From Chloroflexota bacterium (GTDB lineage: Bacteria; Chloroflexota; Limnocylindria; Limnocylindrales; CSP1-4): 64,000 nt of DNA. Shown piece after piece: positions 35,071-45,752 of the stretch (positions are counted from its first letter, which is position 1; the number at the start of each line of letters is the position of its first letter). The stretch lies in the NCBI GenBank assembly GCA_003169735.1, contig PNAP01000025.1, forward strand, positions 179 through 64,178, given 5' to 3'. Both the position numbers and the translations under genes were made by a program. The notes under the pieces were generated by a model. That model was not told where the DNA came from. It saw only the letters and a program-made list of their open reading frames with translations, and made no database searches.

Positions 35071-36411
35071 ATGACCATGCCTGATCGATCGTTCCCGACG
35101 GATTTCGTGTGGGGTGCCGCGACGGCCGCGTATCAGGTCGAGGGGGCGGTCCACGAAGACGGCCGCAGCGAAAGCATCTGGGACCGCTTCGCGCACACGC
35201 CGGGCACGACGTTCCACGGCGATACGGGCGACGTCGCCTGCGACCACTACCACCGCTACCGCGAGGACGTGGCGCTGCTGGCCGAACTCGGTCTCGGCGC
35301 GTACCGGTTCTCCGTCGCGTGGCCGCGGGTCATCCCAGGCGGCACAGGCCCGGTCAACGAGGCAGGGCTCGACTTCTACGATCGCCTGGTCGACGAGCTG
35401 CTCGCCAAGGGCATCGCGCCGTTCGTGACGCTCTATCACTGGGACCTGCCGCAGGTCCTCGAGGACGCCGGGGGGTGGCCCCTTCGGGCGACCGTGGATG
35501 CGTTCGCCGAGTACGCCGCGGTCGTGGCCGGGCGCCTCGGTGACCGCGTCCGCCACTTCGTCACGTTCAACGAACCGCGGGTCGTGGCGACGCTGGGATA
35601 CGAGGACGGCATCTTCGCGCCGGGACGCCACGACCTCGATGACGGACTGGCCGCAGCTCACCATCTGCTCGTGGCTCACGGCAGGGCCGTCCAGGCCATC
35701 CGCGCCGTGGCACCGGACGCGAGTGTCGGCATCGTCCTCGACATCGTGCCGAAGCAGTCGGCCAGCACGGAGATGCTCGACCTCGAGTCCGCCGCCGCCG
35801 CGCAAGAGCGTCACGACCGGTGGTTCCTCGACCCGCTCACCGGCCGCGGCTATCCCCCTGACCCGCCGGAGAACTCCTGGCGTCACCTCATCCGCGACGG
35901 CGATCTCGAGCTCATCACGGCGCCCATCGACTTCCTGGGCGTCAACTACTACACGCGCGACATCGTCCGTTCGCCGATGCTGCCGCCCCTCCCCGCCGTC
36001 GAGCGAGAGAAGACGGGCTTCGGCTGGGAGGTTTACCCCGAAGGCCTCGGTGAGGTCCTCCGGTTCGTCGCCTCGCGGACCGGCGACCTGCCGCTGTACA
36101 TCACCGAGAACGGCGCTGCCTACCCGGATCATCCATCCGACCCGACCCATGACCCGGAACGCGTCAGGTATCTCCGCCGGCACCTGGCCGCACTCGCCGA
36201 CGCGCGCTCGACGGGCATTCCGGTGCGCGGCTACTTCGTCTGGTCGCTGCTCGACAACTTCGAGTGGATCTTCGGCTACTCGCAGCGCTTCGGCATCGTG
36301 CACGTCGATTTCGCCACGCAGGAGCGCCGGGTCCGCGACTCGGGGCGATTCCTCGAAGCGGTGGCGCGGAGCGGCCGGCTGCCCGCGGAACCCTCGACCG
36401 CCGGCGACTGA
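35071..36411 (+). CDS. GH1 beta-glucosidase
   Basis: FVWGAATAAYQVEGA, TFNEP (acid/base) and ITENGAAY (nucleophile). GGAGATA Shine-Dalgarno. Confidence 0.9.
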   Translation: MTMPDRSFPTDFVWGAATAAYQVEGAVHEDGRSESIWDRFAHTPGTTFHGDTGDVACDHYHRYREDVALLAELGLGAYRFSVAWPRVIPGGTGPVNEAGLDFYDRLVDELLAKGIAPFVTLYHWDLPQVLEDAGGWPLRATVDAFAEYAAVVAGRLGDRVRHFVTFNEPRVVATLGYEDGIFAPGRHDLDDGLAAAHHLLVAHGRAVQAIRAVAPDASVGIVLDIVPKQSASTEMLDLESAAAAQERHDRWFLDPLTGRGYPPDPPENSWRHLIRDGDLELITAPIDFLGVNYYTRDIVRSPMLPPLPAVEREKTGFGWEVYPEGLGEVLRFVASRTGDLPLYITENGAAYPDHPSDPTHDPERVRYLRRHLAALADARSTGIPVRGYFVWSLLDNFEWIFGYSQRFGIVHVDFATQERRVRDSGRFLEAVARSGRLPAEPSTAGD

Positions 36412-37200
36412 TCAGATCGAGCCGCGCATCCGGGCCATGCCCGCCTCGAGCGGCTCGACGCCGCCACCACCGACCCGGGCCAGCTCCCAGTGCTCGGTCA
36501 GCACGGCCGATCGGCCAGGCTCCAACTGCTCGACCGGCCCGAGGATCTCGAGTTCCTGGTAACTCGGGCAGCCGTACGCCTCGACGTTGCAGCCGAGATC
36601 GGCATGGGCGAAGCCCGGCGCGGGCTGGAAGTGGCGAACGACCAGCACGTCCCCGCAGAGGTAGCCAACGCAGCCGCCTGCGCTGAACGTGCCCACCTTG
36701 AGCGGCGGCCCGGCGACGCCACGGACGGCTATCAGGCCGTCGCTGAGCGCCAGCCGCTCGTCCTCCCACGATGTCGACGGCCAGAGCACGACGGTCCGGT
36801 TTGGCCGAACGTCCGGGACCGCGCTGGCGATCGGCTGCGGCAGCAGGACCGCGCCGCTGAGCGGCACCTGGCTGATCGCCCACGGCGCGAGCTCCACCAC
36901 CACGTCACCAGCGTTCCGGATCTCGTGGCGCAACTCCATGGTCGGCGTGAGCGGATCGAGGCGGACGGTGATCGACCGCTCCAGGCCGGTGGCTGGCTCG
37001 ACCGGTCCCCGCAACCGGACGCCCGGTCCATCCTCCTCGACGACGAGGCCCTGACCATCTGGGACAGCGGCGCGGCCGGCATGCTCGGGTGCCACCCAGA
37101 GGCGATGACCGCCCACGAGGTCGTAGCGTCCGAGCGGCGTCTCCCAGCCCAGGTCCGGCGTCTCTGCGAACAGGTTCTCGGACGAACCGGCCAGACCCAA
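36412..37200 (-). CDS. Conserved hypothetical protein co-located with GH94 (possible sugar-binding / mutarotase-like accessory)
   Basis: 262-aa ORF with a TTG start; the frame remains open upstream into the GH94 3' end, so the true start is uncertain. Confidence 0.45.
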   Translation of the reverse strand: MGLAGSSENLFAETPDLGWETPLGRYDLVGGHRLWVAPEHAGRAAVPDGQGLVVEEDGPGVRLRGPVEPATGLERSITVRLDPLTPTMELRHEIRNAGDVVVELAPWAISQVPLSGAVLLPQPIASAVPDVRPNRTVVLWPSTSWEDERLALSDGLIAVRGVAGPPLKVGTFSAGGCVGYLCGDVLVVRHFQPAPGFAHADLGCNVEAYGCPSYQELEILGPVEQLEPGRSAVLTEHWELARVGGGGVEPLEAGMARMRGSI

Positions 37201-37292
37201 TCGGACGAGGCGCGGCCCGGCCTCGGTCAGGACATCGACCCACAGGTGCTCGCTCTGGAGGCGTCGCGTCGGACGACCGAAGTAGTCCCCGC

Positions 37293-39737
37293 TCAGGAGA
37301 TCACCGCTTCGACCGACACCGATGTCGTTCCCGGGCTCGGCAGGGCGATGGTCTGGCCCGCGACCGGCCGGCCATCGACGATGAGCGAGACGGCGTTGCC
37401 GGGGCCTTCCCGGCGCACGGCGATCTCGTAGTCCGCTCCCCGAAAGCGCCGGTGCGCCCGGAAGCCCGACCAGTCGGCCGGCATGACCGGTGCGATCCGC
37501 AGGCCGTCATGGGTCGGCGCGATGCCCAGGATCCACTGCGTGATGGCGACGTAGTTCCAAGCTGCGGTCCCGGTCAGCCACGAATTCTTGGCCTCGCCGT
37601 GCGTCGGCGCGTCCCGGCCGGCGATCATCTGGGCGTAGACGTACGGCTCGCAGCGATGGATCTCGGAGATCGTCTCGCGTGCTGATGGGTTGATGCGCAG
37701 GTAGTAGTCGAGCGCGCCGGCGCCGTTGCCGACGATCGCCTCGGCGATCATGACCCACGGATTGGTGTGGCAGAAGATCCCGGCGTTCTCCTTGTAGCCC
37801 GGCGGATAGGTCGAGATCTCGCCGAGCTCGAGGTAGTAATGCGAGAACGCCGGCTGCTGGAGCACGATGCCGTGGGCCGTCGCCAGCCGTTCGCGCACCG
37901 AGGCGAGTGCCTCGGTCGCCCGCCCATCGGCGACCCCGAGACCGGCCAGGATGCACATGCCCTGGGGCTCGATGAAGATCTGGCCCTCGGCGTTGGCGGC
38001 CGAGCCGATCACGTGGCCGAAGTGGTCGTACGCGCGCCGGAACCAGGCACCGTCCCAGCCGTGGGCGTCGACGGCAGCCGTCATGCGCTCCGCCGACGAT
38101 CGGCAGCGCTCCGTTTCCGCATCGTCGCCGCGCAGCCCGGCAAGGGCTGCCATCTCGTTCGCAGCAAGCACGAAGAGCCCGGCGATGAAGACTGACTCGG
38201 CCACCCCGCCTTCGCGATTCTCGGTCGTCTGGAATGACTCGCCGGGCGTCTCGGAGAAGCAGTTCAGGTTGAGGCAGTCGTTCCAGTCGGCACGGCCGAT
38301 GAGCGGCAGGCCGTGCGGCCCGAGTCGGTCGATGGTGTATCCGATGGAGCGCTGGAGATGGTCGTACAGCGGGCGCTCCGACCCAGCGGAGTTGTCGTAC
38401 GGGACCGGTTCGTCGAGGATGCCCGCATCGCCGGTCTCCTTGACGTACGCCGCGACGCCTAGAACGAGCCACGCCGGGTCGTCGTTGAAGCCCGATCCGA
38501 CCGCATCGTTGCCGCGCTTGGTCAGCGGCTGGTACTGGTGATAGGCGCCACCGGTGGGCAGCTGCGTCGACGCGATGTCCAGGATCCGCTGGCGCGCCCG
38601 CCCCGGGACCATGTGCACGAACCCCAGCAGGTCCTGGTTCGAGTCGCGGAATCCCATCCCTCGACCGATGCCCGATTCGAACATCGAGGCCGAGCGCGAC
38701 AGGTTGAACGTGACCATGCACTGGTAGGCGTTCCAGATGTTGACCATCCGGTCGACATGCTCGTTGCCCGTCTCGACGTGGAGGACACCGAGCCGCTCGG
38801 TCCAGCGGGCGCGCAACTCGTCGAAGGAGCGCGCCACGACGGCAGGGTCGAGGTACCGCTCGATGACCGGCCGAACGCGCCGCTTGTCGATGGTCTGCGT
38901 GCCGGGCGGATCGAACTTGGCGTCGCGCGGATTCTCGGCATAGCCGAGCACGAAGATGACCTCGCGGGTCTCGCCGGGCGCGAGCTCGAGACGCACGTGG
39001 TGCGATCCCATCGGCTGCCAGCCGTGCGCCACCGAGCCGGTCGCTGCGCCGCGTTCCACGACCAGCGGCCGGTCCCAGCCGCGGTACGGGCCGAGGAAGG
39101 CATCGCGCTGCGTGTCGAAGCCGGCCAGCGGCTCGGAGCAGGCGAAGTAGGCGAAATGGTCGCGCCGTTCCCGGTACTCCGTCTTGTGGTAGATGACGCC
39201 GTCCTCGACCTCGACCTCGCCGACCGAGTAGTTGCGCTGGAAGTTCGTCGCATCGTCCTGGGCATCCCAGAGGCAGAACTCGAGCGCGCTGAAGAGCGAC
39301 AGACGAGCCGGGGCTGATCGCTCGTTGGTCACGCGCGTGCGCCACACCTCGAGCGTCTCGGAGAGCGGCACGAAGAAGAGCGTCTCAGTGGCGATTCCGG
39401 CAGAACGTGATGCGATGACGGTGTAGCCCAGGCCGTGCCGGCACGAGTAGTCCTCGACGTCGCGCTGGGTGGGCTGCCAGCCGGGGCTCCAGAAGTCCCC
39501 GGTCTCGTCGTCGCGCAGGTAGAGATAGCGCCCGCCCTCATCGAGCGGCGCGTTGTTGTAGCGGTACCGCGTCAACCGCCGGAGTCGGGCGTCGCGGTAG
39601 AAGGAGTAGCCACCGGCCGTGTTGCTGATGATCCCGAAGTAGTCCTCGCTGCCGAGGTAGTTGATCCACGGCAGCGGGGTGTCCGGGCGCGTGATGACGT
39701 ACTCGCGACGGTCGTCATCGAAGTGGCCATAGCGCAC
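37293..39737 (-). CDS. GH94 cellobiose / chitobiose / cellodextrin phosphorylase
   Basis: N-terminus [47 protein letters not shown] is diagnostic of GH94; about 810 aa. GTG start at 39737. Confidence 0.9.
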   Translation of the reverse strand: MRYGHFDDDRREYVITRPDTPLPWINYLGSEDYFGIISNTAGGYSFYRDARLRRLTRYRYNNAPLDEGGRYLYLRDDETGDFWSPGWQPTQRDVEDYSCRHGLGYTVIASRSAGIATETLFFVPLSETLEVWRTRVTNERSAPARLSLFSALEFCLWDAQDDATNFQRNYSVGEVEVEDGVIYHKTEYRERRDHFAYFACSEPLAGFDTQRDAFLGPYRGWDRPLVVERGAATGSVAHGWQPMGSHHVRLELAPGETREVIFVLGYAENPRDAKFDPPGTQTIDKRRVRPVIERYLDPAVVARSFDELRARWTERLGVLHVETGNEHVDRMVNIWNAYQCMVTFNLSRSASMFESGIGRGMGFRDSNQDLLGFVHMVPGRARQRILDIASTQLPTGGAYHQYQPLTKRGNDAVGSGFNDDPAWLVLGVAAYVKETGDAGILDEPVPYDNSAGSERPLYDHLQRSIGYTIDRLGPHGLPLIGRADWNDCLNLNCFSETPGESFQTTENREGGVAESVFIAGLFVLAANEMAALAGLRGDDAETERCRSSAERMTAAVDAHGWDGAWFRRAYDHFGHVIGSAANAEGQIFIEPQGMCILAGLGVADGRATEALASVRERLATAHGIVLQQPAFSHYYLELGEISTYPPGYKENAGIFCHTNPWVMIAEAIVGNGAGALDYYLRINPSARETISEIHRCEPYVYAQMIAGRDAPTHGEAKNSWLTGTAAWNYVAITQWILGIAPTHDGLRIAPVMPADWSGFRAHRRFRGADYEIAVRREGPGNAVSLIVDGRPVAGQTIALPSPGTTSVSVEAVIS

Positions 39738-39791
39738 GGCCCGATGATAGGCTTCCGAGCCTCAGTCGAGACGTGGCACGGAGGGAGGCCG

Positions 39792-40769
39792 ATGACCGAC
39801 GCGCTCCCGAAAATCCCATGGCAGGATCGCCCGGCCGGTTCGAGCGACCTCCTGTGGCGGTCGGATCGCAATCCCATCATCGGGCGGCACCACCTGCCGC
39901 GCTCGAACAGCATCTTCAACTCGGCCGTGGTGCCGTTCGGCGATGCGTTTGCCGGCGTCTTCCGCGTCGATGACATGACCCGCACCATGAACCTGCACGC
40001 CGGCCGCAGCCTGGACGGCGTCGAGTGGCAGATCGACCCCGATCCGATCGCGTTCCAACCGGCCGACGCACGTGTGCGCGAGATCCAGGAGACGTTCGTC
40101 CACGCCTATGACCCGCGCGTCACGTGGCTCGAGGATCGCTACTACGTGACGTGGTGCAACGGCTACTTCGGGCCGACCATCGGCGTCGCCTACACGCATG
40201 ACTTCGAGACGTTCACGCAGCTCGACAACGCCTACCTGCCGTTCAACCGCAACGGCGTCCTCTTCCCGCGCCGCATCGGCGATCACTACGCGATGCTCAG
40301 CCGGCCGAGTGACAACGGCCACACGCCCTTCGGGGACATCTTCTATTCGGAGAGCCCGGATCTCACCCACTGGGGCCGGCACCGCCACGTCATGGCGCCG
40401 CTCGATTGGACCTGGCAGGGGACCAAGATCGGCGCCGGCCCGACGCCCATCGAGACGCCACAGGGCTGGCTGCTCATCTATCACGGCGTGCTGACCTCGG
40501 CGAACGGCTTCGTCTACTCGATGGGCGCCGCCCTGCTCGACCTCGACGAGCCCTGGAAGGTCATCGCCCGTGGCAAGGACTACCTCCTCTCGCCACAGGT
40601 GCCATACGAGCAGGTGGGCGACGTTCCCAACGTCGTCTTCCCCTGCGCGGCGCTGCTCGACCGCCCCACCGACCGCATGACCATCTACTACGGCGGCGCC
40701 GACACCGTCGTGTGCATGGCCCACGGCCATCTGTCGGAGATCGTCACTGCGCTCCTGGCTGGGCGCTGA
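39792..40769 (+). CDS. GH130 family beta-mannoside phosphorylase-like protein
   Basis: GH130/DUF377-type beta-propeller sequence ([23 protein letters not shown]...YDPRV...YYVTW). ATG at 39792 with GGAGGGAGG Shine-Dalgarno. The upstream part of ORF 39435 is antisense to GH94. Confidence 0.8.
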   Translation: MTDALPKIPWQDRPAGSSDLLWRSDRNPIIGRHHLPRSNSIFNSAVVPFGDAFAGVFRVDDMTRTMNLHAGRSLDGVEWQIDPDPIAFQPADARVREIQETFVHAYDPRVTWLEDRYYVTWCNGYFGPTIGVAYTHDFETFTQLDNAYLPFNRNGVLFPRRIGDHYAMLSRPSDNGHTPFGDIFYSESPDLTHWGRHRHVMAPLDWTWQGTKIGAGPTPIETPQGWLLIYHGVLTSANGFVYSMGAALLDLDEPWKVIARGKDYLLSPQVPYEQVGDVPNVVFPCAALLDRPTDRMTIYYGGADTVVCMAHGHLSEIVTALLAGR

Positions 40770-40773
40770 CGGG

Positions 40774-41154
40774 ATGCCCACGCCGCGAGTCTTCGACCAG
40801 GAAACGCTCGACCTCTTCGACCGGACGATCGAGGTCGACATCGAGACCCGGCCCGGCCCCGATGCCCCCGCACGACGCACGACCATCTGGGTCGTCGTGG
40901 TCGATGGCCGTGCCTACATCCGCTCGTACGTCGGGGCGGCCGCGCGCTGGTATCGCGACGTGCTGGCCCTGCCCGCCGCGGCGCTCATCGTCGGGGAGCG
41001 CCACATCCCCATCCGTGTCGTGCCCGCGGCCGACGCCGCATCGATCGCGGCCTGCTCGCGCGGTCTGATGATCAAGTACGCCAATGACCCTGCGACGCGC
41101 GCCATGGTGCGCGAAGACGTGCTCGCCACGACCCTGCGCCTGGAGCCCGCCTGA
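40774..41154 (+). CDS. Small conserved hypothetical protein (DUF2255-like)
   Basis: 126-aa ORF that is not low-complexity; weak family assignment. Confidence 0.4.
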   Translation: MPTPRVFDQETLDLFDRTIEVDIETRPGPDAPARRTTIWVVVVDGRAYIRSYVGAAARWYRDVLALPAAALIVGERHIPIRVVPAADAASIAACSRGLMIKYANDPATRAMVREDVLATTLRLEPA

Positions 41155-41255
41155 TCGAGGGGAGCGGCGAGGTCGAGACATCGGTCGCGGGAGGCGCCGC
41201 TGCTGAAGCGGGCCTTGACGCGGCGCGAGCAGCCCAGTCGTTCCGCGCCGACGCG

Positions 41256-42515
41256 ATGGCCACTGCGGCCAGCGCGGACGGCCCAGGAGCATCTCTGCCA
41301 CTCCGCCAGAACCGCGATTTCAAGGTCTTCATGGGCGGCCAGGGCGTGTCCGCCTTCGGCGACGCGGTCACCTTCACGGCGCTGCCATTGCTCGTGGTGC
41401 TGCTGACCGGGTCAGGCGTGGCGATGGGCGTCGTGGGTACGCTCTCGACGATCCCCGATCTGGTCTTCGGGCTGGTCGCGGGAGCGCTGGCCGACCGCTG
41501 GGATCGGCGGCGGATGATGCTCTACTCGGACATCGGTCGGGCGGTGCTGACCGCGATGATCCCCATCTCGTACCTCCTCGGCATCGACACGATGGGCGTC
41601 ATCCTCCTCGTGACGCTGCCCATCAACGCCTTGCGTGTCCTGTTCATGGCGGGGTTCACGGCGGCCGTGCCGGCGCTCGTCGGGCGTGACCAGATCAGTC
41701 GCGCGAGCGGTGTCGTCGAAGCGGTCAGCAGCCTCAGTTTCATCGTCGGGCCGAGCATCGCCGGCGTCCTCGTCAACATCGTCGGCGCCGCTCCCACGCT
41801 GGCCATCGACGCCGTTTCCTTCCTCTTTTCGGCCGGCGCGCTCTGGTTCATCCGTCGTCCGATGAAGGCGCAGCGAGATCCGTTGGCCGCGCCACAGCAC
41901 ATCGTGGCCGACATCGCCGAAGGCCTTCGATTCATCGTGGGCGAACGGACGCTGCGCACGGCCATCGGCTTCTGGGGGTTGGTCAGCGTCGTCGGTGCAC
42001 CGGTCGTGCCGGCCGTCATCTTCTACCTGGTCAAGGACCTCCACCAGCCTGAGGCTGTGGTCGGCCTCGTCCTCTCCGGATACGGCGTCGGTTATCTCGC
42101 CGGTGCGCTGCTCGCCGGCCGCTTCGCGAAGGGCAGGCTCGGACTGATCATGCTCTATTCGAATGCCGCGCAGGGACTTGCCCTCCTGCTGTTCGCGGTC
42201 GGCGGAACGAGCCTCATCGAGTTCGCGGCGGCGGCCGCAGCCGGATTCTTCGGTGCGCTGGTGCTCATCCCGTACGTCACCCTGCGCGCGAGCATCCCTC
42301 CCAACGAGTTGCTGGGCCGGGTCGGCAGCGCGGCGCGGACCCTCTCGTTCGGCCTGAGCCCGGTCGGGCTGCTGGTCGGTGGCGTGCTGCTGGACGCCGT
42401 CGGTGGTGAGGCGACGATGATCGTCATCGGTGCGGTCGGTATCCTCGCCTCGGCCGGATTCGCGCTCGCGCCCGCCATGCGTCACGCCGTCGCCGGCACC
42501 GGCCGCCGCCCGTGA
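41256..42515 (+). CDS. MFS transporter
   Basis: 12 TM helices in two MFS halves, with a GxLaDRxxRR motif (ALADRWDRRR). Confidence 0.8.
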   Translation: MATAASADGPGASLPLRQNRDFKVFMGGQGVSAFGDAVTFTALPLLVVLLTGSGVAMGVVGTLSTIPDLVFGLVAGALADRWDRRRMMLYSDIGRAVLTAMIPISYLLGIDTMGVILLVTLPINALRVLFMAGFTAAVPALVGRDQISRASGVVEAVSSLSFIVGPSIAGVLVNIVGAAPTLAIDAVSFLFSAGALWFIRRPMKAQRDPLAAPQHIVADIAEGLRFIVGERTLRTAIGFWGLVSVVGAPVVPAVIFYLVKDLHQPEAVVGLVLSGYGVGYLAGALLAGRFAKGRLGLIMLYSNAAQGLALLLFAVGGTSLIEFAAAAAAGFFGALVLIPYVTLRASIPPNELLGRVGSAARTLSFGLSPVGLLVGGVLLDAVGGEATMIVIGAVGILASAGFALAPAMRHAVAGTGRRP

Positions 42516-42554
42516 CCGGGCGCGGAATGAGCCTGTGCTAGGCTCCCGGGCACT

Positions 42555-42971
42555 GTGCTGACGCTGCGTGAACTGCCCGGCCTGCCGGACCCGAACCTCC
42601 AGCCCCCGACCATCGCGGATGCTGGTGACCCGTTCACGGACCTGCGTGTCGTGCACGTCCTGGCTCGCCTGCCGCGCGGCGTCCCGGTGCGCGTCCGTGA
42701 CGTGGTCGACCGCCTCAACGCCGAACATGTCGATTGGTCTTTCTCGCGGCCGGTCGTGCTCGCGGCCATCGTCCAGCTTCAGACGAACTGGATGGCCGAC
42801 TATCGCAACACCAGCGGCATCCAGCTCACCGATGGCCGGACCGGCCCCGAGGTGACCATCGAGTCGAGCGCCCGGGTCGATCCCTGGATGATCGCGCAGA
42901 CGACGCGGCTGGCGGCAGCGTGTACCGGGCGTCTCCGTGCCTTCGCGGTCGAAGAGGGAGCTATCCCCTAG
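42555..42971 (+). CDS. Hypothetical protein
   Basis: 138-aa ORF with a GTG start; no recognised motif. Confidence 0.35.
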   Translation: MLTLRELPGLPDPNLQPPTIADAGDPFTDLRVVHVLARLPRGVPVRVRDVVDRLNAEHVDWSFSRPVVLAAIVQLQTNWMADYRNTSGIQLTDGRTGPEVTIESSARVDPWMIAQTTRLAAACTGRLRAFAVEEGAIP

Positions 42972-43055
42972 ACCGATCCGGGCGCGGCGGACGCTGGCAG
43001 CGTCGTCGGGGTAGGCTTCTACCACCAAGTCGGTAGGGAAACATGGAGTAAGTCA

Positions 43056-43898
43056 ATGATGAGCGATTACGCGAACGACAACGCCCTGGTCAGCCCGGAG
43101 TGGGCGAAGCAACATCTCTCGGACCCGGCCGTCCGGTTCGTCGAGGTCGATGTGGACACGGCCGCCTACGAGCAGAGCCATCTGCCGGGAGCGGTCGGCT
43201 GGAACTGGACCAGCCAGCTCTCCGACGGCCTCCGCCGTGATATCACGAGCCGCGAGGACCTGTCCGCGCTGCTCAGCACGAGCGGAATCGGGCCGGACAC
43301 GCACGTCGTGCTCTACGGTGACAACAACAACTGGTTCGCCTGCTGGGCGTACTGGCAGTTAAAGCTTCACGGTCTCGAGAACGTGAGCATCCTCAACGGT
43401 GGGCGCCGCTACTGGCTGGACAACGGCCTGCCCGTCACGACGGATGTCCCGTCCTACCCGCCGACGGGGATCGAGCTGCCCGCGGCCGACTTCAAACTGC
43501 GCGCTTTCCGCGACGACATCATCCCGCGGCTCGGCCAGAGCGGCTTCACCCTCGTCGATGTCCGCTCGCCGGCCGAGTACAGCGGCGAGGTCATCGCCCC
43601 TCCCGGCATGACGGAGACGGCCCAGCGCGGTGGCCACATCCCGGGCGCCCAGTCCATCCCGTGGGGACAGGCCGTTCGCGAGGACGGCACGTTCAAGAGC
43701 GCCGATGACCTGCGCACGCTCTACGCGGGCAAGGGCGTCACGCCCGACAAGGACGTCGTCGCCTATTGCCGCATCGGCGAGCGCTCCAGTCTCAGCTGGT
43801 TCGTGCTGCGCGAGCTGCTCGGTTACCCGAACGTCCGCAACTACGACGGCTCGTGGACCGAGTGGGGCTCCATGGTCAACATGCCCATCGAGAAGTAA
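43056..43898 (+). CDS. sseA: Thiosulfate / 3-mercaptopyruvate sulfurtransferase (two-domain rhodanese, CysA/SseA-type)
   Basis: Near-collinear with mycobacterial CysA2/SseA; active-site loop YCRIGERSS; tandem rhodanese domains. Confidence 0.9.
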   Translation: MMSDYANDNALVSPEWAKQHLSDPAVRFVEVDVDTAAYEQSHLPGAVGWNWTSQLSDGLRRDITSREDLSALLSTSGIGPDTHVVLYGDNNNWFACWAYWQLKLHGLENVSILNGGRRYWLDNGLPVTTDVPSYPPTGIELPAADFKLRAFRDDIIPRLGQSGFTLVDVRSPAEYSGEVIAPPGMTETAQRGGHIPGAQSIPWGQAVREDGTFKSADDLRTLYAGKGVTPDKDVVAYCRIGERSSLSWFVLRELLGYPNVRNYDGSWTEWGSMVNMPIEK

Positions 43899-43949
43899 CT
43901 CACCGAGGGCGCGGCGAGGCGGTCCGGTCCGAGAGGGTCCGGGCCGCCT

Positions 43950-44003
43950 CTTCGATTCGTGGCGGGTCGCCGCCGAGTGGCGGGTCGCCGCCGAGTGGCG
44001 GGT
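43950..44003. repeat. Three tandem 18-bp repeats (GTGGCGGGTCGCCGCCGA) between convergent sseA and serine-hydrolase genes
   Basis: Read directly from the sequence. Each unit contains the GGCGG/CCGCC mini-hairpin. Confidence 0.7.
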
Positions 44004-44179
44004 CGCCGCCGCGTCACGCGTGTCTCCAAATGGGCACCTGAGGGCCATCGTTTCGCCGATTCGACTGGTGTCCTTCCACATGCGCGCCGTGCAACGCATC
44101 TGGCGAGAGGTGGCGGAATCGTGGCTCTGAGATGCCCATCTGGCGGGACGTGGCTGGCCAGCTCCCGGGCCTGAGCGGC

Positions 44180-45298
44180 TCAGCTCCGAGCGTCGACGAC
44201 CTTGTAGATCTCGGCCAGGGTGGCGAACATCGCCGCGTCCTCAGCCCCCCAGACATTGGTCAGGAAGACGAACACGAGGTCCTGGTCGGGATCGATCCAC
44301 AGGCGCGTGCCCGTCGCGCCGCCATGGGTGAACGTGCCCGGGGACGCGGGCACGAACTCCTTGACGGGCGCGCCCCAACCGATGACCGACGGCACGCCGC
44401 CGTCGGTGCGTGGCTTGCCCCAGCCAAGCGCATAGCGCGGATCGCGCGTCGTCCCATCGGCCGCGATCTCGAGGATGCCCGCCGTCTGCTCACGAGTCAT
44501 CTCGGCGATGGCCGCGGCCGAAAGGATGCCGTTGCCCCCGCCTGTCCTGCGCGGCAGGAGCGCCTGCCCGAAGCGCAACAGGTCATCGGCCGTGCCCCAC
44601 AGCCCGCCACCCGGGACGGCGGCACGCGCCAGGAAGCGCAGCAGCAGCTCCCGAAGGATGCGGTTGCCGAGCGGGATGCCCTCCACGACGACGATGCGCG
44701 ACCGGTCGTGGCGCGGGTCGAAGGAGGTGTCGGGCATGCCGATCGGGTCGAGCAGCAGCGAGCGCAACGCCGCCGGGAACGGCCGAGCCTCGAGGCGGGC
44801 CATGGTTTCGGCCAGGAGATAGAAGCTCCCCGAGCAGTACTCGTAGCGCGAGCCGGGCTCCCATTTGAGCGGCGTCCGGCAGACCAGGTCCAGCATCCGC
44901 GCCGCCGACGGCCGCTCGCGCCGGATGACGTCCCAGTCCTGGTCGGGGATGCCCGACGTGTGGGTCAGCACGTGCCACGCCGTGACCTTCTCCTTGCCCG
45001 GGCCGGTGAAGGCGGGTACGTATGTCGCGATCGGCGCGTGGAGGTCGACCCGGCCGGCATCCACGAGGCGCATGAACGCGGTGGCGACGACGGGCTTGGT
45101 CACCGACGCCAGGAAGAACAGCCCGTCCGGCCGAAGCTTCGGCGTCTTGGGGCCGGCGATGGTCTCGACCACAAGGACGCCCGACGAATCGGCCACACCG
45201 ACGACGACGCCGGGCAGCGCGCCCTCACGCACCGCCGTCCGTGCGGGCTCGAGCGCTCCATCGATGGCAGAGAGGTCGACGCGCTGAGGCGCGGTCAT
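44180..45298 (-). CDS. Serine hydrolase, beta-lactamase/transpeptidase-like family (class C / PBP4-like)
   Basis: SVTK active-site motif (LASVTKPVVATAF), a YxN-like region and HTSG. The ATG at 45298 is preferred over the longer ORF start at 45466. Confidence 0.8.
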   Translation of the reverse strand: MTAPQRVDLSAIDGALEPARTAVREGALPGVVVGVADSSGVLVVETIAGPKTPKLRPDGLFFLASVTKPVVATAFMRLVDAGRVDLHAPIATYVPAFTGPGKEKVTAWHVLTHTSGIPDQDWDVIRRERPSAARMLDLVCRTPLKWEPGSRYEYCSGSFYLLAETMARLEARPFPAALRSLLLDPIGMPDTSFDPRHDRSRIVVVEGIPLGNRILRELLLRFLARAAVPGGGLWGTADDLLRFGQALLPRRTGGGNGILSAAAIAEMTREQTAGILEIAADGTTRDPRYALGWGKPRTDGGVPSVIGWGAPVKEFVPASPGTFTHGGATGTRLWIDPDQDLVFVFLTNVWGAEDAAMFATLAEIYKVVDARS

Positions 45299-45332
45299 CG
45301 TCACTGGGTCACAGCCTCCGTCCGGCCGACCG

Positions 45333-45752
45333 ATGATAGGCGCCATGACGCGCGACCAGCTGGAACGCGAGACCCGCCGCCTCATCGACGAAGGCGAACG
45401 GCTCATCGACGCCCCGACGATGCCCGATCTCCGGGCCTGGATCCAGCGCTCGGACGATCTCCTCATCGCCGCGTGGGGCCAGATGGATCGGTACCACCTC
45501 GCCTGGCTGATGGTCGGCCGCCCGAAGGATCTCGTGCGCGGCCGCCCGATGACCGCGGCCGAGGAGCGCGCCTATGTCCGCGAGGTGGCCGAGCAAAAGA
45601 CAGCCGCGCTGCGGATGAGCCTCAAGGCCGTCACCGACGGCATGCCCTTCCTTGGCGCGGAGGTCGACGCGGCTACGCGATCAGATCCGGCGGATCTGGT
45701 CGATGGGCAGGACGAAGATGGTGGCGCCGCCGTGGGTGACCTCGGCCGGTAG
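45333..45752 (+). CDS. Hypothetical protein
   Basis: 139-aa ORF. Its 3' end overlaps darA convergently by 72 nt. The start lies 34 nt from the divergent hydrolase start. Confidence 0.3.
   Translation: MIGAMTRDQLERETRRLIDEGERLIDAPTMPDLRAWIQRSDDLLIAAWGQMDRYHLAWLMVGRPKDLVRGRPMTAAEERAYVREVAEQKTAALRMSLKAVTDGMPFLGAEVDAATRSDPADLVDGQDEDGGAAVGDLGR

Noticed and set aside
37507-39345. 612-aa minus-strand ORF in an alternative frame
   Set aside because: It lies inside the GH94 gene in a different frame and is Arg/Gly-rich junk. GH94 on the same strand, in the correct frame, has diagnostic motifs.
39435-39791. Upstream extension of the GH130 ORF
   Set aside because: It is antisense to the GH94 N-terminus. 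The ATG at 39792 with GGAGGGAGG Shine-Dalgarno begins the conserved GH130 sequence.
44132-45739. 535-aa plus-strand ORF
   Set aside because: It is antisense to the serine-hydrolase gene and has no motifs.
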